DNA of 15,743 nt from Polyangiaceae bacterium. GTDB taxonomy: Bacteria; Myxococcota_A; Polyangia; Polyangiales; Polyangiaceae. Within the stretch, counting starts at the first letter, position 1. Each line of letters opens with the position of its first letter. The position numbers and the translations under genes were made by a program. Shown here piece after piece: positions 1 through 8,516 of the stretch. The stretch lies in contig JBGANF010000165.1 of assembly GCA_044222475.1 (NCBI GenBank), positions 1 to 15,743 on the forward strand, given 5' to 3'. Below the pieces are notes generated by a model. It searched no databases. It was given only the letters and a program-made list of their open reading frames with translations, and was not told the DNA's origin.

Positions 1-21
1 GGCACCTCCCTCTCTTTCTCG

Positions 22-62
<41 letters not shown>

Positions 63-135
63 CTCCGAGTCGCGCAGTCGTGCCGACCTGAGCGAAGCCA
101 CCCAGTATTGGCTCTCCAAACTCGCCGCTCTCCCC

Positions 136-1320
136 CTACGGCGGCGGCAATGGCGGCAGCTCCGACGGACTCGACGTCGGCAGCGACGCACTCGCCGAGG
201 GTCTCGCTGCCGGCGCGGTCGCCTTCGGCTTCGGTACCTGCTGCGCCGCCGCCCTCGCCGACGCGGACGCGAGCTCGTCCGCGACGCGACGCATGGACTC
301 GTCGTTGCCGCTCGCGCCTCGACGCCCGAAGACCCAGAGCCCGACGATGATCACCAGCGCGAGCCCGAGCAGGATGTTCTGCCACCGCCGCGTCGCCCGC
401 GGGACGATCGACGTGCGATTGGGCGGCGGCAGGGTGAACGCGCCCGACACCCGCGCGTCGATCGACGACGCGAGCGCATCGGCGAACGCGCGGCAGCTCG
501 AGTAGCGGTCCTCGGGCGACACCGACAGCGCCCGCCGGATCACGCCGTCGGCGCGGCCGAGCACGATCTTCAACCGATCGTCGACAGTGGTGTCGGGGAG
601 CGGCGCCGGATCGCTCTTCTGGATCGCAGCGACGACGTCCACCATGTCCGTCCCGGGGAACGCGCGCTTCCCGGCGAGCGCCTCGTAGAGCACCGCCGCG
701 AGCGAGAACTGATCCGACGCCGCAGAGAAGCGCTCGCGGGGAGCCTCGCCCTCGACCACCTTGGCTTCGCGGTACGCCTCGGGCGCGGAGTACGCCGCGG
801 TGCCGAGCAGCATCTGCGCCGTCGTCATCGTCGAGTCGGGGATGCGCGCGATCCCGAAATCGGTGAGCACCGCCCCCGCGGGCGACAGGATCACGTTCTC
901 GGGCTTGACGTCGCGGTGGATCACGCCGTTCTGGTGCGCGTGCGTCAGCGCGCCGCCGAGCTCGAGCGCCATCTTCGCGACCTCGAGCGGAGGGAGCGGA
1001 CCGTTCTCCAGCCGGTCGCGCAGGGTCGGCCCTTCGACGTAGGCGAAGACGAGGTAGAGCCCGACCTCGTCGTTCTCACCCATGTCGTGGAGCGTTACCA
1101 CGTTGGGATGCGTGAGCGCGGCCGCGGCGCGCGCTTCGTTGCGCATGCGATCGAACAGCGAGCGCTTCACCTCCGGCGGGAGTCCGAGATCGTCGCGCAC
1201 GACCTTCACCGCGACCCGCCGGCCGAGGACCGAATCCGTCGCCAGGTAGACGCGGCCCATGCCTCCTTGACCCAGGAGCTCGAGCACTTCGTAACGGCCG
1301 ATGAGCGTCGGCGTGTCCAT
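136..1320 (-). CDS. Membrane-anchored Hanks-type Ser/Thr protein kinase (~394 aa)
   Basis: C-terminal part of ORF 136..2145 from [10 protein letters not shown]. Motifs: LGQGGMGRVY glycine loop, VAVK, HRDVKPEN, DFG, GTAAYSAPE, SDQFSLA. These are followed by a TM helix (ILLGLALVIIVGLWVF) and an Ala/Pro/Ser-rich tail. The ATG at 1320 overlaps the oppF TGA (TGATG). Confidence 0.93.
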   Translation of the reverse strand: MDTPTLIGRYEVLELLGQGGMGRVYLATDSVLGRRVAVKVVRDDLGLPPEVKRSLFDRMRNEARAAAALTHPNVVTLHDMGENDEVGLYLVFAYVEGPTLRDRLENGPLPPLEVAKMALELGGALTHAHQNGVIHRDVKPENVILSPAGAVLTDFGIARIPDSTMTTAQMLLGTAAYSAPEAYREAKVVEGEAPRERFSAASDQFSLAAVLYEALAGKRAFPGTDMVDVVAAIQKSDPAPLPDTTVDDRLKIVLGRADGVIRRALSVSPEDRYSSCRAFADALASSIDARVSGAFTLPPPNRTSIVPRATRRWQNILLGLALVIIVGLWVFGRRGASGNDESMRRVADELASASARAAAQQVPKPKATAPAARPSASASLPTSSPSELPPLPPP

Positions 1321-2345
1321 CACACCTCGTGTGGATTGAAGCACGCGACGCGGTGTCCCGCCTCCACTTCGTCGAGCGGAGGCGTCTCTTTGTCGCACAC
1401 GCCGGTGATGGCCCGCGGACACCGAGGGTGGAACGAGCACCCCGACGGGGGGTCGATCGGGGAGGGGAGGTCGCCCTCGAGGAGGATGCGGAGCCTCTTT
1501 CGGTCGGGATCGGCGACCGGCGCCGCCGCGAGGAGCGCGCGGGTGTAGGGGTGACGCGACCGGTCGTAGAGGCTCTCGCGCTCTGCCTGCTCGACCACCC
1601 GTCCGAGGTACATGACACACACACGGTGACTCACGTGCTCGACGACCTTCAGGTCGTGCGAGATGAACAGGTACGACAGCCCCAGCTGATCCTGGAGGTC
1701 CATCAAGAGGTTCACGATCTGGGCTTGGATCGAGACGTCGAGCGCGCTGATCGGCTCGTCGCAGACGATGAAGTCGGGCTTCACCGCGAGAGCGCGCGCG
1801 ATCCCGATGCGCTGGCGCTGACCGCCCGAGAACTCGTGCGGGTAGCGATCGATGTGCTCGGGCCGGAGGCCGACCTTGTCGAGGAGGTCCGCGATCATGC
1901 CGTCTTCCTCGGAGCGGCTGGTCGCGAGGTCGAACACCTTGATCGCTTCTCCGACGATCTCGCGGACGGTCATGCGCGGGTTCAGGCTCGAGTACGGATC
2001 CTGGAAGATGATCTGCATCCGCCGGCGGAGCGGTCGCATGCTTCCCTGCGACAGCGCGGTGATCTCCTTGCCGTCGAAGATGACGCGCCCGAACGACGGC
2101 TCGATCAAGCGGAGGATCAACCGACCGAGCGTGCTCTTGCCGCATCCGCTCTCGCCGACGAGGCCGAGCGTCTCCCCGCGGCGCACGCGGATCGAGACGT
2201 CCTCGACGGCGCGCAAATAGACGCCGCCGCCGCGAAAGAGCCCGCGCTCGACCGGGAAGAACTTGGTCAGCTTCTCGGTCGCGACGAGCGTGCGCGGGCG
2301 GTCGCCCTTGGCGCTCGACTTGGCCTCTTCGGTGGTCTTGCTCAC
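1320..2345 (-). CDS. oppF: Oligopeptide/dipeptide ABC transporter ATP-binding subunit, OppF/DppF type (~341 aa)
   Basis: Walker [11 protein letters not shown]-loop [14 protein letters not shown], signature FSGGQRQR, Walker B IVCDEP, and a C-terminal HPYT...GCSFHPRC...C...VACF domain. GTG start at 2345 overlaps the oppD TGA (GTGA). Confidence 0.92.
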   Translation of the reverse strand: MSKTTEEAKSSAKGDRPRTLVATEKLTKFFPVERGLFRGGGVYLRAVEDVSIRVRRGETLGLVGESGCGKSTLGRLILRLIEPSFGRVIFDGKEITALSQGSMRPLRRRMQIIFQDPYSSLNPRMTVREIVGEAIKVFDLATSRSEEDGMIADLLDKVGLRPEHIDRYPHEFSGGQRQRIGIARALAVKPDFIVCDEPISALDVSIQAQIVNLLMDLQDQLGLSYLFISHDLKVVEHVSHRVCVMYLGRVVEQAERESLYDRSRHPYTRALLAAAPVADPDRKRLRILLEGDLPSPIDPPSGCSFHPRCPRAITGVCDKETPPLDEVEAGHRVACFNPHEV

Positions 2346-3355
2346 GAGACCTCCGCGTGGCGAAAGCAGCGGCTCGCGTGGCCGCTGTCGGCGTCGCCGA
2401 CCGAGACGAGCTCCGGCTCGCTCTCGCGGCAGCGCGGCTCGACGAGCGCGCATCGATCCTGGAAGACGCAACCCGGCGGGAGCGTGTGCAGATCGGGAAC
2501 GACGCCCTCGATCGTGGCGAGGCGTCGTTTGCCCGTGTCCCCCGCGGTCGGCCGTCGCGGCATGCTGTCGAGCAGACCCTTGGTGTACGGGTGCCGCGGC
2601 TGCTTGAAGATCGCGCGGACCTTGCCCTCTTCGACGACGCGCCCCGCGTACATGACGACGACGCGGGTCGCGACCTCGGCGACGACGCCGAGATCGTGCG
2701 TGATGAGGAGCACCCCCATGTGCATCTTCTCTTGGAGCTTCTTCAGGAGCTCCAGGATCTGCGCCTGAATCGTGACGTCGAGCGCGGTCGTCGGCTCGTC
2801 GGCGACGAGGACCTTCGGCTCGCACGCGAGCGCCATCGCGATCATCACGCGCTGCCGCATGCCGCCCGAGAGGTGATGCGGGTACGCGTCGATGTTGCTC
2901 TCGGGTGAAGGGATGCCGACCAGCTTGAGCAGCTCGATCGCGCGCGTGCGCGCCTCGCTGCGCGAGCTCTTCTTGTGGATGCGGATCGCTTCGACGATCT
3001 GCGCGCCCACGGTGTAGACCGGGTTCAGGCTCGTCATCGGCTCTTGGAAGATCATCGAGACCAAGTTGCCGCGCACGTCGCGCATCTCGCGCTCGGGGAG
3101 CTTCAACAGATCGCGCCCTTCGAGGAGGACCTCGCCGGAGACGATCCTCCCGGGAGGCTCGGCGACGAGCCGCATGATCGAGAGCGCGGTCACGCTCTTG
3201 CCGCAGCCGCTCTCGCCCACGAGGCCGAGCGTCTCGCCCTTCGCGACGTCGAAGCTCACGCGATCGACGGCGCGAACCTCGCCGCGCTCCGTGCGAAACG
3301 CGGTGACGAGGTCCCGCACACGGAGGAGGGGAAGAGGGGTTTGCGCGCTAGCCAC
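2342..3355 (-). CDS. oppD: Oligopeptide/dipeptide ABC transporter ATP-binding subunit, OppD/DppD type (~337 aa)
   Basis: [50 protein letters not shown]...GCVFQDRC. The start is uncertain: GTG 3355 is preferred, and in-frame ATG 3409 is an alternative that would overlap the divergent start. Confidence 0.9.
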   Translation of the reverse strand: MASAQTPLPLLRVRDLVTAFRTERGEVRAVDRVSFDVAKGETLGLVGESGCGKSVTALSIMRLVAEPPGRIVSGEVLLEGRDLLKLPEREMRDVRGNLVSMIFQEPMTSLNPVYTVGAQIVEAIRIHKKSSRSEARTRAIELLKLVGIPSPESNIDAYPHHLSGGMRQRVMIAMALACEPKVLVADEPTTALDVTIQAQILELLKKLQEKMHMGVLLITHDLGVVAEVATRVVVMYAGRVVEEGKVRAIFKQPRHPYTKGLLDSMPRRPTAGDTGKRRLATIEGVVPDLHTLPPGCVFQDRCALVEPRCRESEPELVSVGDADSGHASRCFRHAEVS

Positions 3356-3365
3356 CGAGGCCCTT

Positions 3366-3397
3366 GGTAGCACAGGAGGCCCATTTTCCGTGCTACC
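3366..3397. promoter_or_regulatory. Inverted repeat GGTAGCAC-N16-GTGCTACC; candidate back-to-back extended -10 promoters or operator
   Basis: GGTAGCAC at 3366-3373 and GTGCTACC at 3390-3397. On its own strand each half lies exactly 10 nt before a start codon (GTG 3355 minus, ATG 3408 plus). The plus-strand half gives TG-C-TACCGT. Confidence 0.55.
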
Positions 3398-3407
3398 GTC
3401 GCCCGCC

Positions 3408-4301
3408 ATGCCAGGTCGAGATCGCCGAGGATTGCGCGCCGCGGCGTGGGCCGCGGTCGTGGCCGTCGGCGTGGCGGGTCTGGTCCCCGCCGTGGGATGC
3501 GTGATGCGCGATCGCACCTGCGTCTCCGCGACCGAGTGCGGTCAGCGCTTCGGCGGAGGGCAGACGTGCGTCGCCGGCCGCTGCGTCGACGAGAGTGGCG
3601 GCAAGGACGCCGGCCCCAAGCTCCAGCCCGCGATCATGGGCGCGACCACGCGCCGCGTGATCGCCCGCCCGACCGACGTGGCGTACCTGCGCGCAGGCAC
3701 CGAGCCCGGCTCCGTTCCGCCGGCGGTGGTGCTCGGCAAGGACGACGCGCGCCTCCTCCTCCGCTTCGAGGTCCCGCTCGCCCGCGAGGACAACGTGCTC
3801 GAGGCGTACCTCCTCCTCGACCGACTCGACGTGATGGATACCGATCCATCCTCCATTTACCTACATGTAGAGCGGATCCTCGACCCGTGGGACGCCCGAT
3901 CCATCACCTGGGCCCGCCAGCCCCGGCTGGAGGACGAGCGGGCGCCCGCCACGATCGTCACGGTCGGCGCTCGCCCGATGATTCGGCTGGACGTCACGGC
4001 GTTCGTCCAGCGCTGGAAGCGCCACGACCCGAGCGATCAAGGGTTGGCGGTCGTCGCCGGGCTCACGAACACGAGCGGAATGGCGTTTGCAGCAGTAGAC
4101 TCCGTCGGCACCGAGCCCGACCCTTCGGATCCATCGAAACCCTCATGGATTCCGAGCGGACCCAGGCTCGAGCTCTACCTCCAACGTCCCGTGAATGCAT
4201 CGCCCGCTGCCTCGTCGAACGCTTCAGCAGTAGGCTCTCTGTCCACACCGGCCGGCGCCACCGCATCCGCAAGCACCCGCGCCGTGCCTTTTCCGAGGTG
4301 A
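3408..4301 (+). CDS. Predicted lipoprotein with short Cys-rich module and DNRLRE-like beta-sandwich domain (~297 aa)
   Basis: A basic N-region, hydrophobic stretch and lipobox AVG-C31 are followed by CVSATEC...TCVAGRC. The pattern LLLRFEV...LEAYLLL...[12 protein letters not shown]...[11 protein letters not shown]...QGLAV...PRLELY resembles DNRLRE domains (recognised by eye). Confidence 0.7.
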   Translation: MPGRDRRGLRAAAWAAVVAVGVAGLVPAVGCVMRDRTCVSATECGQRFGGGQTCVAGRCVDESGGKDAGPKLQPAIMGATTRRVIARPTDVAYLRAGTEPGSVPPAVVLGKDDARLLLRFEVPLAREDNVLEAYLLLDRLDVMDTDPSSIYLHVERILDPWDARSITWARQPRLEDERAPATIVTVGARPMIRLDVTAFVQRWKRHDPSDQGLAVVAGLTNTSGMAFAAVDSVGTEPDPSDPSKPSWIPSGPRLELYLQRPVNASPAASSNASAVGSLSTPAGATASASTRAVPFPR

Positions 4302-4306
4302 TGACC

Positions 4307-4822
4307 ATGACCCACGTTTCGTCCTTCTCGAAGATCCGTCTCGCGTTCGGCGCCGCGCTGCTCGGCGCGGGCGTGCTCGCCTCCAGCGCCGCTGGCGCGG
4401 CTTCCGCACCGCAGGCCCCCGCCGCGGTCGGCGGTCAAGTCGCGAAGGGCAACAACTTCACCGTCAACGCGGACCTCGTCGGCGTCTGCAAGGCGGGCGC
4501 GGAGTGCAAGGTCGACCTGAAGCTCACCGCGGGTGACGGCTACCACGTCAACAAAGAGTACCCGTACAAGTTCAAGGCGAACGACCTCGCCGGAGTCGAG
4601 TTCACCGGGACGGACGCGTCGGGCAAGAACGTCTTCTCGAAGGCCGCGGGTGATTTCCGCGTCGACGCCAAGGACGAGCACGTCGGCTACATGACGGTGC
4701 ACTTCAAGCCGTCGAAGGCGGGCGCGGTGAACATCACCGGGACGTTCAAGCTCTCGGTGTGCTCGGCGCAGAACTGCCAGCTCGAGACGTCGGAGCTCAC
4801 GATCCCCGTGACGGCTTCCTGA
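4307..4822 (+). CDS. Secreted protein resembling a stand-alone DsbD N-terminal (Ig-like) domain (~171 aa)
   Basis: RBS GAGGTG at 4295-4300, 6 nt before ATG 4307 (alternative ATG 4301 overlaps the upstream TGA). It has a signal peptide with an Ala-rich cleavage region, GYHVNKEYP, and a C-terminal ITGTFKLSVCSAQNC motif like the DsbD-alpha Cys pair. Codon usage is strongly GC3. Confidence 0.65.
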   Translation: MTHVSSFSKIRLAFGAALLGAGVLASSAAGAASAPQAPAAVGGQVAKGNNFTVNADLVGVCKAGAECKVDLKLTAGDGYHVNKEYPYKFKANDLAGVEFTGTDASGKNVFSKAAGDFRVDAKDEHVGYMTVHFKPSKAGAVNITGTFKLSVCSAQNCQLETSELTIPVTAS

Positions 4823-4837
4823 GAGAACGACGTTTGC

Positions 4838-4846
4838 TGCTAGCGT
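4838..4846 (+). promoter_or_regulatory. Candidate extended -10 element (TG-C-TAGCGT), 6 nt upstream of the prkA ATG
   Basis: TAGCGT at 4841-4846 preceded by TG at 4838-4839. The spacing fits a leaderless transcript. Confidence 0.45.
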
Positions 4847-4852
4847 AGGGGT

Positions 4853-7123
4853 ATGAGCAAGAGCCCCATCGACGTCGACTCGGTGGCCGACGACGTGGAG
4901 AAGCGCTTTCACGCGGGGCGCCGCGTGCTCTCGTTCGGCGAGTACCTCGCGCTGTTCGAAGAGGACCCGGTCCGGTTTTCCCGCGACGCGAGCCGCTTTC
5001 TGCGCGACGCCGTCGAGCATTTCGGCACTCGCACCGTCGAGTACCCGTGGGGCACGTTCACGCGCTGGAACATGTTCGACCTCCCGTGGGAGGCGCCGGT
5101 TCCGGGGCAGGGCGTGCGCGGGTCGTTGATCGGCCAGGAGCAGGTCCAAGCCGAGATCGTCCGCGCGCTCGCCAACTTCGCGCGCGAGGGCCGGCCTAGT
5201 CGCATGGTGCTGTTGCACGGCCCGAACGGCTCGGCCAAGAGCACGATCGCGAGCTGCCTCATCCGCGGGCTCGAGCACTACTCCACCCTGCCCGAGGGCG
5301 CGCTCTACCGCTTCCACTGGGTGTTCCCCACGATGAAGACGGTTCGCGGCTCGCTCGGCTTCGCCAAGGGCGAGGGCGGCCGCGTCGATCCCGGCGCGAG
5401 CTACGCGCACCTCCCCGAAGATCAGATCGACGCGAAGATCGTCCTCGAGGTCCGCGACCACCCGCTGTTCCTCGTGCCGGTCGCCGAGCGTAGGCGGCTG
5501 CTCGAAAAAGCGTGGGACGCGGTGCGCAAGCAGACCGGCACCGATCCCGATCCGCCGTGCGATTGGATCATCCGCGGCGAGCTCTCGCACAAGGCGGCGC
5601 AAGTCTTCGACGCGCTCCTCTCGTCGTACCGCGGCTCGTGGCGCGAGGTCTTGAAGCACGTCCAGGTCGAGCGCTACTTCGTGTCGCAGCGGTACCGCGT
5701 GGGCGCCGTGACGGTAGGCCCGCAGATGAGCGTCGACGCTGGCGAGCGTCAGCTCACGATGGATCGCTCGCTCTCGGCGCTCCCACCGTCGCTCCAAGCG
5801 ATCACCTTCTACGAGGCCAAGGGCGAGCTCATCGACGCCGCCGGCGGCATCCTCGAGTTCAGCGATCTCCTCAAGCGTCCGCTCGACACGTTCAAGTACC
5901 TTCAGCTCAGCATCGAGACCGGCGAGGTCGCGCTCACGCAGCAGAACGTGCAGCTCAACTGCGTCATGATCGCGAGCGCCAACGAGGTCCACCTCGACGC
6001 GTTCCGCGAGCACCCCGAGTTCGCGAGCTTCCGCGGCCGCATCGAGCTCGTCCGCACGCCGTACCTCCGGAGCCACGTCCAGGAGCAGGCCATCTACGAC
6101 GCGCACGTCGCGCCGCAGGTGCGCCGGCACGTCGCGCCCCACGCCACGGCCGTGGCGGCGATGTTCGCGATCCTCACGCGCATGCGGAAATGCACGCCCG
6201 ATCGCTACTCGCGCGCCCTCGGCAGCGCGCTCTCCGGTCTGACCGCGATCGAGAAGATGGATCTCTACGGCAAGGGCACCGTGCCCGAGCGGTTCGAGCC
6301 GGACGCGCGCAAGCTCCTCCGCGCGAACCTGAAAGACGTCTACGACGAGAGCGACTCGTACCCGATCTACGAGGGCCGCATCGGCGCGAGCCCGCGCGAG
6401 ATGCGGGTCGTCCTCCTCGATGCCGCGCAGTCCACCACGTACCACTGCCTCTCGCCGCTCGCCGTCCTCGAAGAGACCGAGGCCCTGTGTCAGCGGCGCG
6501 CCGAGTTCGAGTGGCTCCAGCAAGAGCCGCTCAGCGGCGGCTACCACGACACGCGGCACTTCCTGGAGTCGCTCCTCGAGCGCCTGCTCGACACGTGGGA
6601 GGAAGAGATGCACGGCGCGAGCGGCGTCGTCGACGAGGAGCGCTACGCCGAGCTCTTCGATCGCTACGTGCAGCACGTGAGCGTCTGGGTGAAGAAGGAG
6701 CGCATCCGCAACAAGCTCACCGGCGAGTACGAAGAGCCCGACGAGAACCTCATGGGCGAGGTCGAGAAGCTCCTCGACGTGAAGGGCGACCCGACCGAGT
6801 CGCGCGGGACGATGATCGGGAACGTCGCCGCGTGGGCGATCGACCACCCCGGCGAGCGCATCGACGCAGTGCGGGTGTTCCCCGACCTCCTGAAGCGCAT
6901 GCGCGACGCGATCCGGACCCAGCGCCGGGGCGTGGTCGCGGCGCGCGTGCGCGACGTGGTGCTGCTCGTCCGCGAGGACGGCGCTGGGCTCGACGCCAGC
7001 CGGCGGAAGGACGCCGAGGCGATGCTCGAGCGCCTCGAGACGAAGTTCGGGTACTGCCGTCACTGCGCGACCGACGCCGCGAGCACGACGCTCCGCAAGC
7101 GCTTCGGCGATTTGGTCGTCTAG
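4853..7123 (+). CDS. prkA: PrkA/YeaG-family AAA+ serine protein kinase (756 aa)
   Basis: Walker A variant LLHGPNGSAKST, GELIDAAGGILEFSDLLKRP, IASANE, SFRGRIELVRTPY, HVAPHA, GASPREM, EPDENLMGEVE and C-terminal FGYCRHCA, all typical of PrkA. Confidence 0.88.
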   Translation: MSKSPIDVDSVADDVEKRFHAGRRVLSFGEYLALFEEDPVRFSRDASRFLRDAVEHFGTRTVEYPWGTFTRWNMFDLPWEAPVPGQGVRGSLIGQEQVQAEIVRALANFAREGRPSRMVLLHGPNGSAKSTIASCLIRGLEHYSTLPEGALYRFHWVFPTMKTVRGSLGFAKGEGGRVDPGASYAHLPEDQIDAKIVLEVRDHPLFLVPVAERRRLLEKAWDAVRKQTGTDPDPPCDWIIRGELSHKAAQVFDALLSSYRGSWREVLKHVQVERYFVSQRYRVGAVTVGPQMSVDAGERQLTMDRSLSALPPSLQAITFYEAKGELIDAAGGILEFSDLLKRPLDTFKYLQLSIETGEVALTQQNVQLNCVMIASANEVHLDAFREHPEFASFRGRIELVRTPYLRSHVQEQAIYDAHVAPQVRRHVAPHATAVAAMFAILTRMRKCTPDRYSRALGSALSGLTAIEKMDLYGKGTVPERFEPDARKLLRANLKDVYDESDSYPIYEGRIGASPREMRVVLLDAAQSTTYHCLSPLAVLEETEALCQRRAEFEWLQQEPLSGGYHDTRHFLESLLERLLDTWEEEMHGASGVVDEERYAELFDRYVQHVSVWVKKERIRNKLTGEYEEPDENLMGEVEKLLDVKGDPTESRGTMIGNVAAWAIDHPGERIDAVRVFPDLLKRMRDAIRTQRRGVVAARVRDVVLLVREDGAGLDASRRKDAEAMLERLETKFGYCRHCATDAASTTLRKRFGDLVV

Positions 7124-7128
7124 AGACA

Positions 7129-8496
7129 TTGGCCGACCTCACGCGCGAAGTACGAAAGCTCGCGCTACCGGCGATCGCGTCGTCGGTGCTGCAGACGCTC
7201 GTCTTCCTCGTGGATCGCGCGTTCCTCGGTCACGCGGGCAAGGGATCGCTCGCCGCGATGCAGATCGCCGGCCCGCTCGAGTGGAGCATCTTCTCGGTGT
7301 TCCTCGCGTTCGAGGTCGGCACCATCGCGCACGTCGGCCGGCTCGTCGGCGCGGGGGAGCACGCCCGCGCGCGTCGCGCGGCGGGCGGCGCCTTGGTGCT
7401 CGCGGTCGGGATCGGCGTCTTCGTCGCGCTGATCGGGCCGCTGCTCATGCTGCTCGCGCCGTACCTCGCGTCCAAGGCCAGCGCCGCGACGGTGGCGGAA
7501 GCGGCGAGCTACCTTCGGGTCACGCTGTCCGCGTCGCCCATCGTCTTCCTCGGCGCGGGCTCGGTCGCGGTCCTCCAAGCCAGCGGCGACACGCGAACGC
7601 CGCTCTTCGTCGGCGCGATCGCCAACGTGGTCCACGTGGTGCTCGTCGCCTACTTGGTCCTCGGCGTCTTCGGTGGGCCGCACCTCGGGATGCGCGGGTG
7701 CGCGTGGGGCACGGTCGCGACGTTCGCCGTCGAGGCGGGGCTCGCGTTCTGGCTCCTGACGCGGCCGGGGCGGGTGCTCGCGCGGCCCAAGGTCGTCGCG
7801 AAGGCCAAGTCTCCGGTTGTCCCCATGTGGGACGAGCTTCGCGCGATCGTGCGCGTCGGGTGGCCGGCGATGGGCGAGCGCATCCTGTACCACGTGGGCT
7901 TCAACGGCTACGTCGCGATCCTCGGTACCCTGGGCGACGGAGCGATGGCGGCGAACCAGGCGCTCATCAGCATCGAGGCCATCTGCTTCCTCTCGGCCGA
8001 CGGCTTCGGCGTCGCGGCCGCGAGCATCGTCGCGCGCAAGCTCGGCGCCGGCGACGCCGACACCGCGAAGCGCGCCGCTCGCATCGCCGCGCGCGACGCG
8101 GCGGTGACCCTCACCGTCCTCGGGCTCGCCGCGTTCGCCGCGCAGGGCATCATCTTGCCGATCTTCGGCGACGATCGCGCGGTGATCGCCCTCGCCGCGA
8201 GCGCGATCCCGGTGCTCGCGTTCGCCCAGCCGTTCATGGGAGCCTCGATCGTGCTGGCTCAGGCGGTGCGCGGCGCCGGACGGACGGCGATCGTCATGGC
8301 GGTGAGCACGCTCGGCGCGGTGTTCGTCCGCCTCGGCGCCACGTGGTTCTTCGTGATCGCCCAGGGCGGCGGCCTCCGCGGCGTGTGGCTCGGGAGCACG
8401 TGCGACTGGGTCGTACGGAGCGCGATCCTCCTCCTGATCTCGGCCGGCGCGATCGGCTCGGCGCGCGTGGGTACGGGCGACGCCGCGAAGACCTGA
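7129..8496 (+). CDS. MATE family efflux transporter (~455 aa)
   Basis: C-terminal part of ORF 5512..8496: KLALPAIASSVLQTLVFLVDRAFLGHAG, ASYLR, QASGDTRTPL, GMRGCAWGT, VGWP, RGAGRT, GLRGVWLG, with about 12 hydrophobic segments. The TTG start 5 nt after the prkA stop is inferred. Confidence 0.9.
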   Translation: MADLTREVRKLALPAIASSVLQTLVFLVDRAFLGHAGKGSLAAMQIAGPLEWSIFSVFLAFEVGTIAHVGRLVGAGEHARARRAAGGALVLAVGIGVFVALIGPLLMLLAPYLASKASAATVAEAASYLRVTLSASPIVFLGAGSVAVLQASGDTRTPLFVGAIANVVHVVLVAYLVLGVFGGPHLGMRGCAWGTVATFAVEAGLAFWLLTRPGRVLARPKVVAKAKSPVVPMWDELRAIVRVGWPAMGERILYHVGFNGYVAILGTLGDGAMAANQALISIEAICFLSADGFGVAAASIVARKLGAGDADTAKRAARIAARDAAVTLTVLGLAAFAAQGIILPIFGDDRAVIALAASAIPVLAFAQPFMGASIVLAQAVRGAGRTAIVMAVSTLGAVFVRLGATWFFVIAQGGGLRGVWLGSTCDWVVRSAILLLISAGAIGSARVGTGDAAKT

Positions 8497-8504
8497 TCCT
8501 GCCG

Positions 8505-8510
8505 TAGACT
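8505..8510 (+). promoter_or_regulatory. Candidate -10 element TAGACT, 6 nt upstream of the fbp ATG
   Basis: TAGACT-cgcccc-ATG, with no Shine-Dalgarno sequence in the 20-bp gap. Confidence 0.4.
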
Positions 8511-8516
8511 CGCCCC

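Noticed and set aside
4080..4300. Slightly lower-GC, atypical-codon 3' end of the lipoprotein gene as a sign of foreign DNA
   Set aside because: It is short, in frame and encodes a low-complexity tail, with no boundaries or mobility signal. Relaxed selection or an internal promoter is a simpler explanation.
5512..7128. Apparent long N-terminal extensions of MATE (also of the kinase, OppF, TatD, lipoprotein and DsbD-N-like ORFs)
   Set aside because: The extensions are low-complexity, mostly Arg/Ala/Pro-rich translations overlapping neighbouring genes. Family similarity starts at the internal start codons given, so there is no evidence of fusion or frameshift.
4175..7129. Long antisense or alternative-frame ORFs (4175..7129, 8259..10820, 1329..2768, 9188..11212, 7165..8529 and others)
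   Set aside because: These are shadow ORFs expected in high-GC DNA with strong GC3 bias. They have no motifs and overlap well-supported genes.
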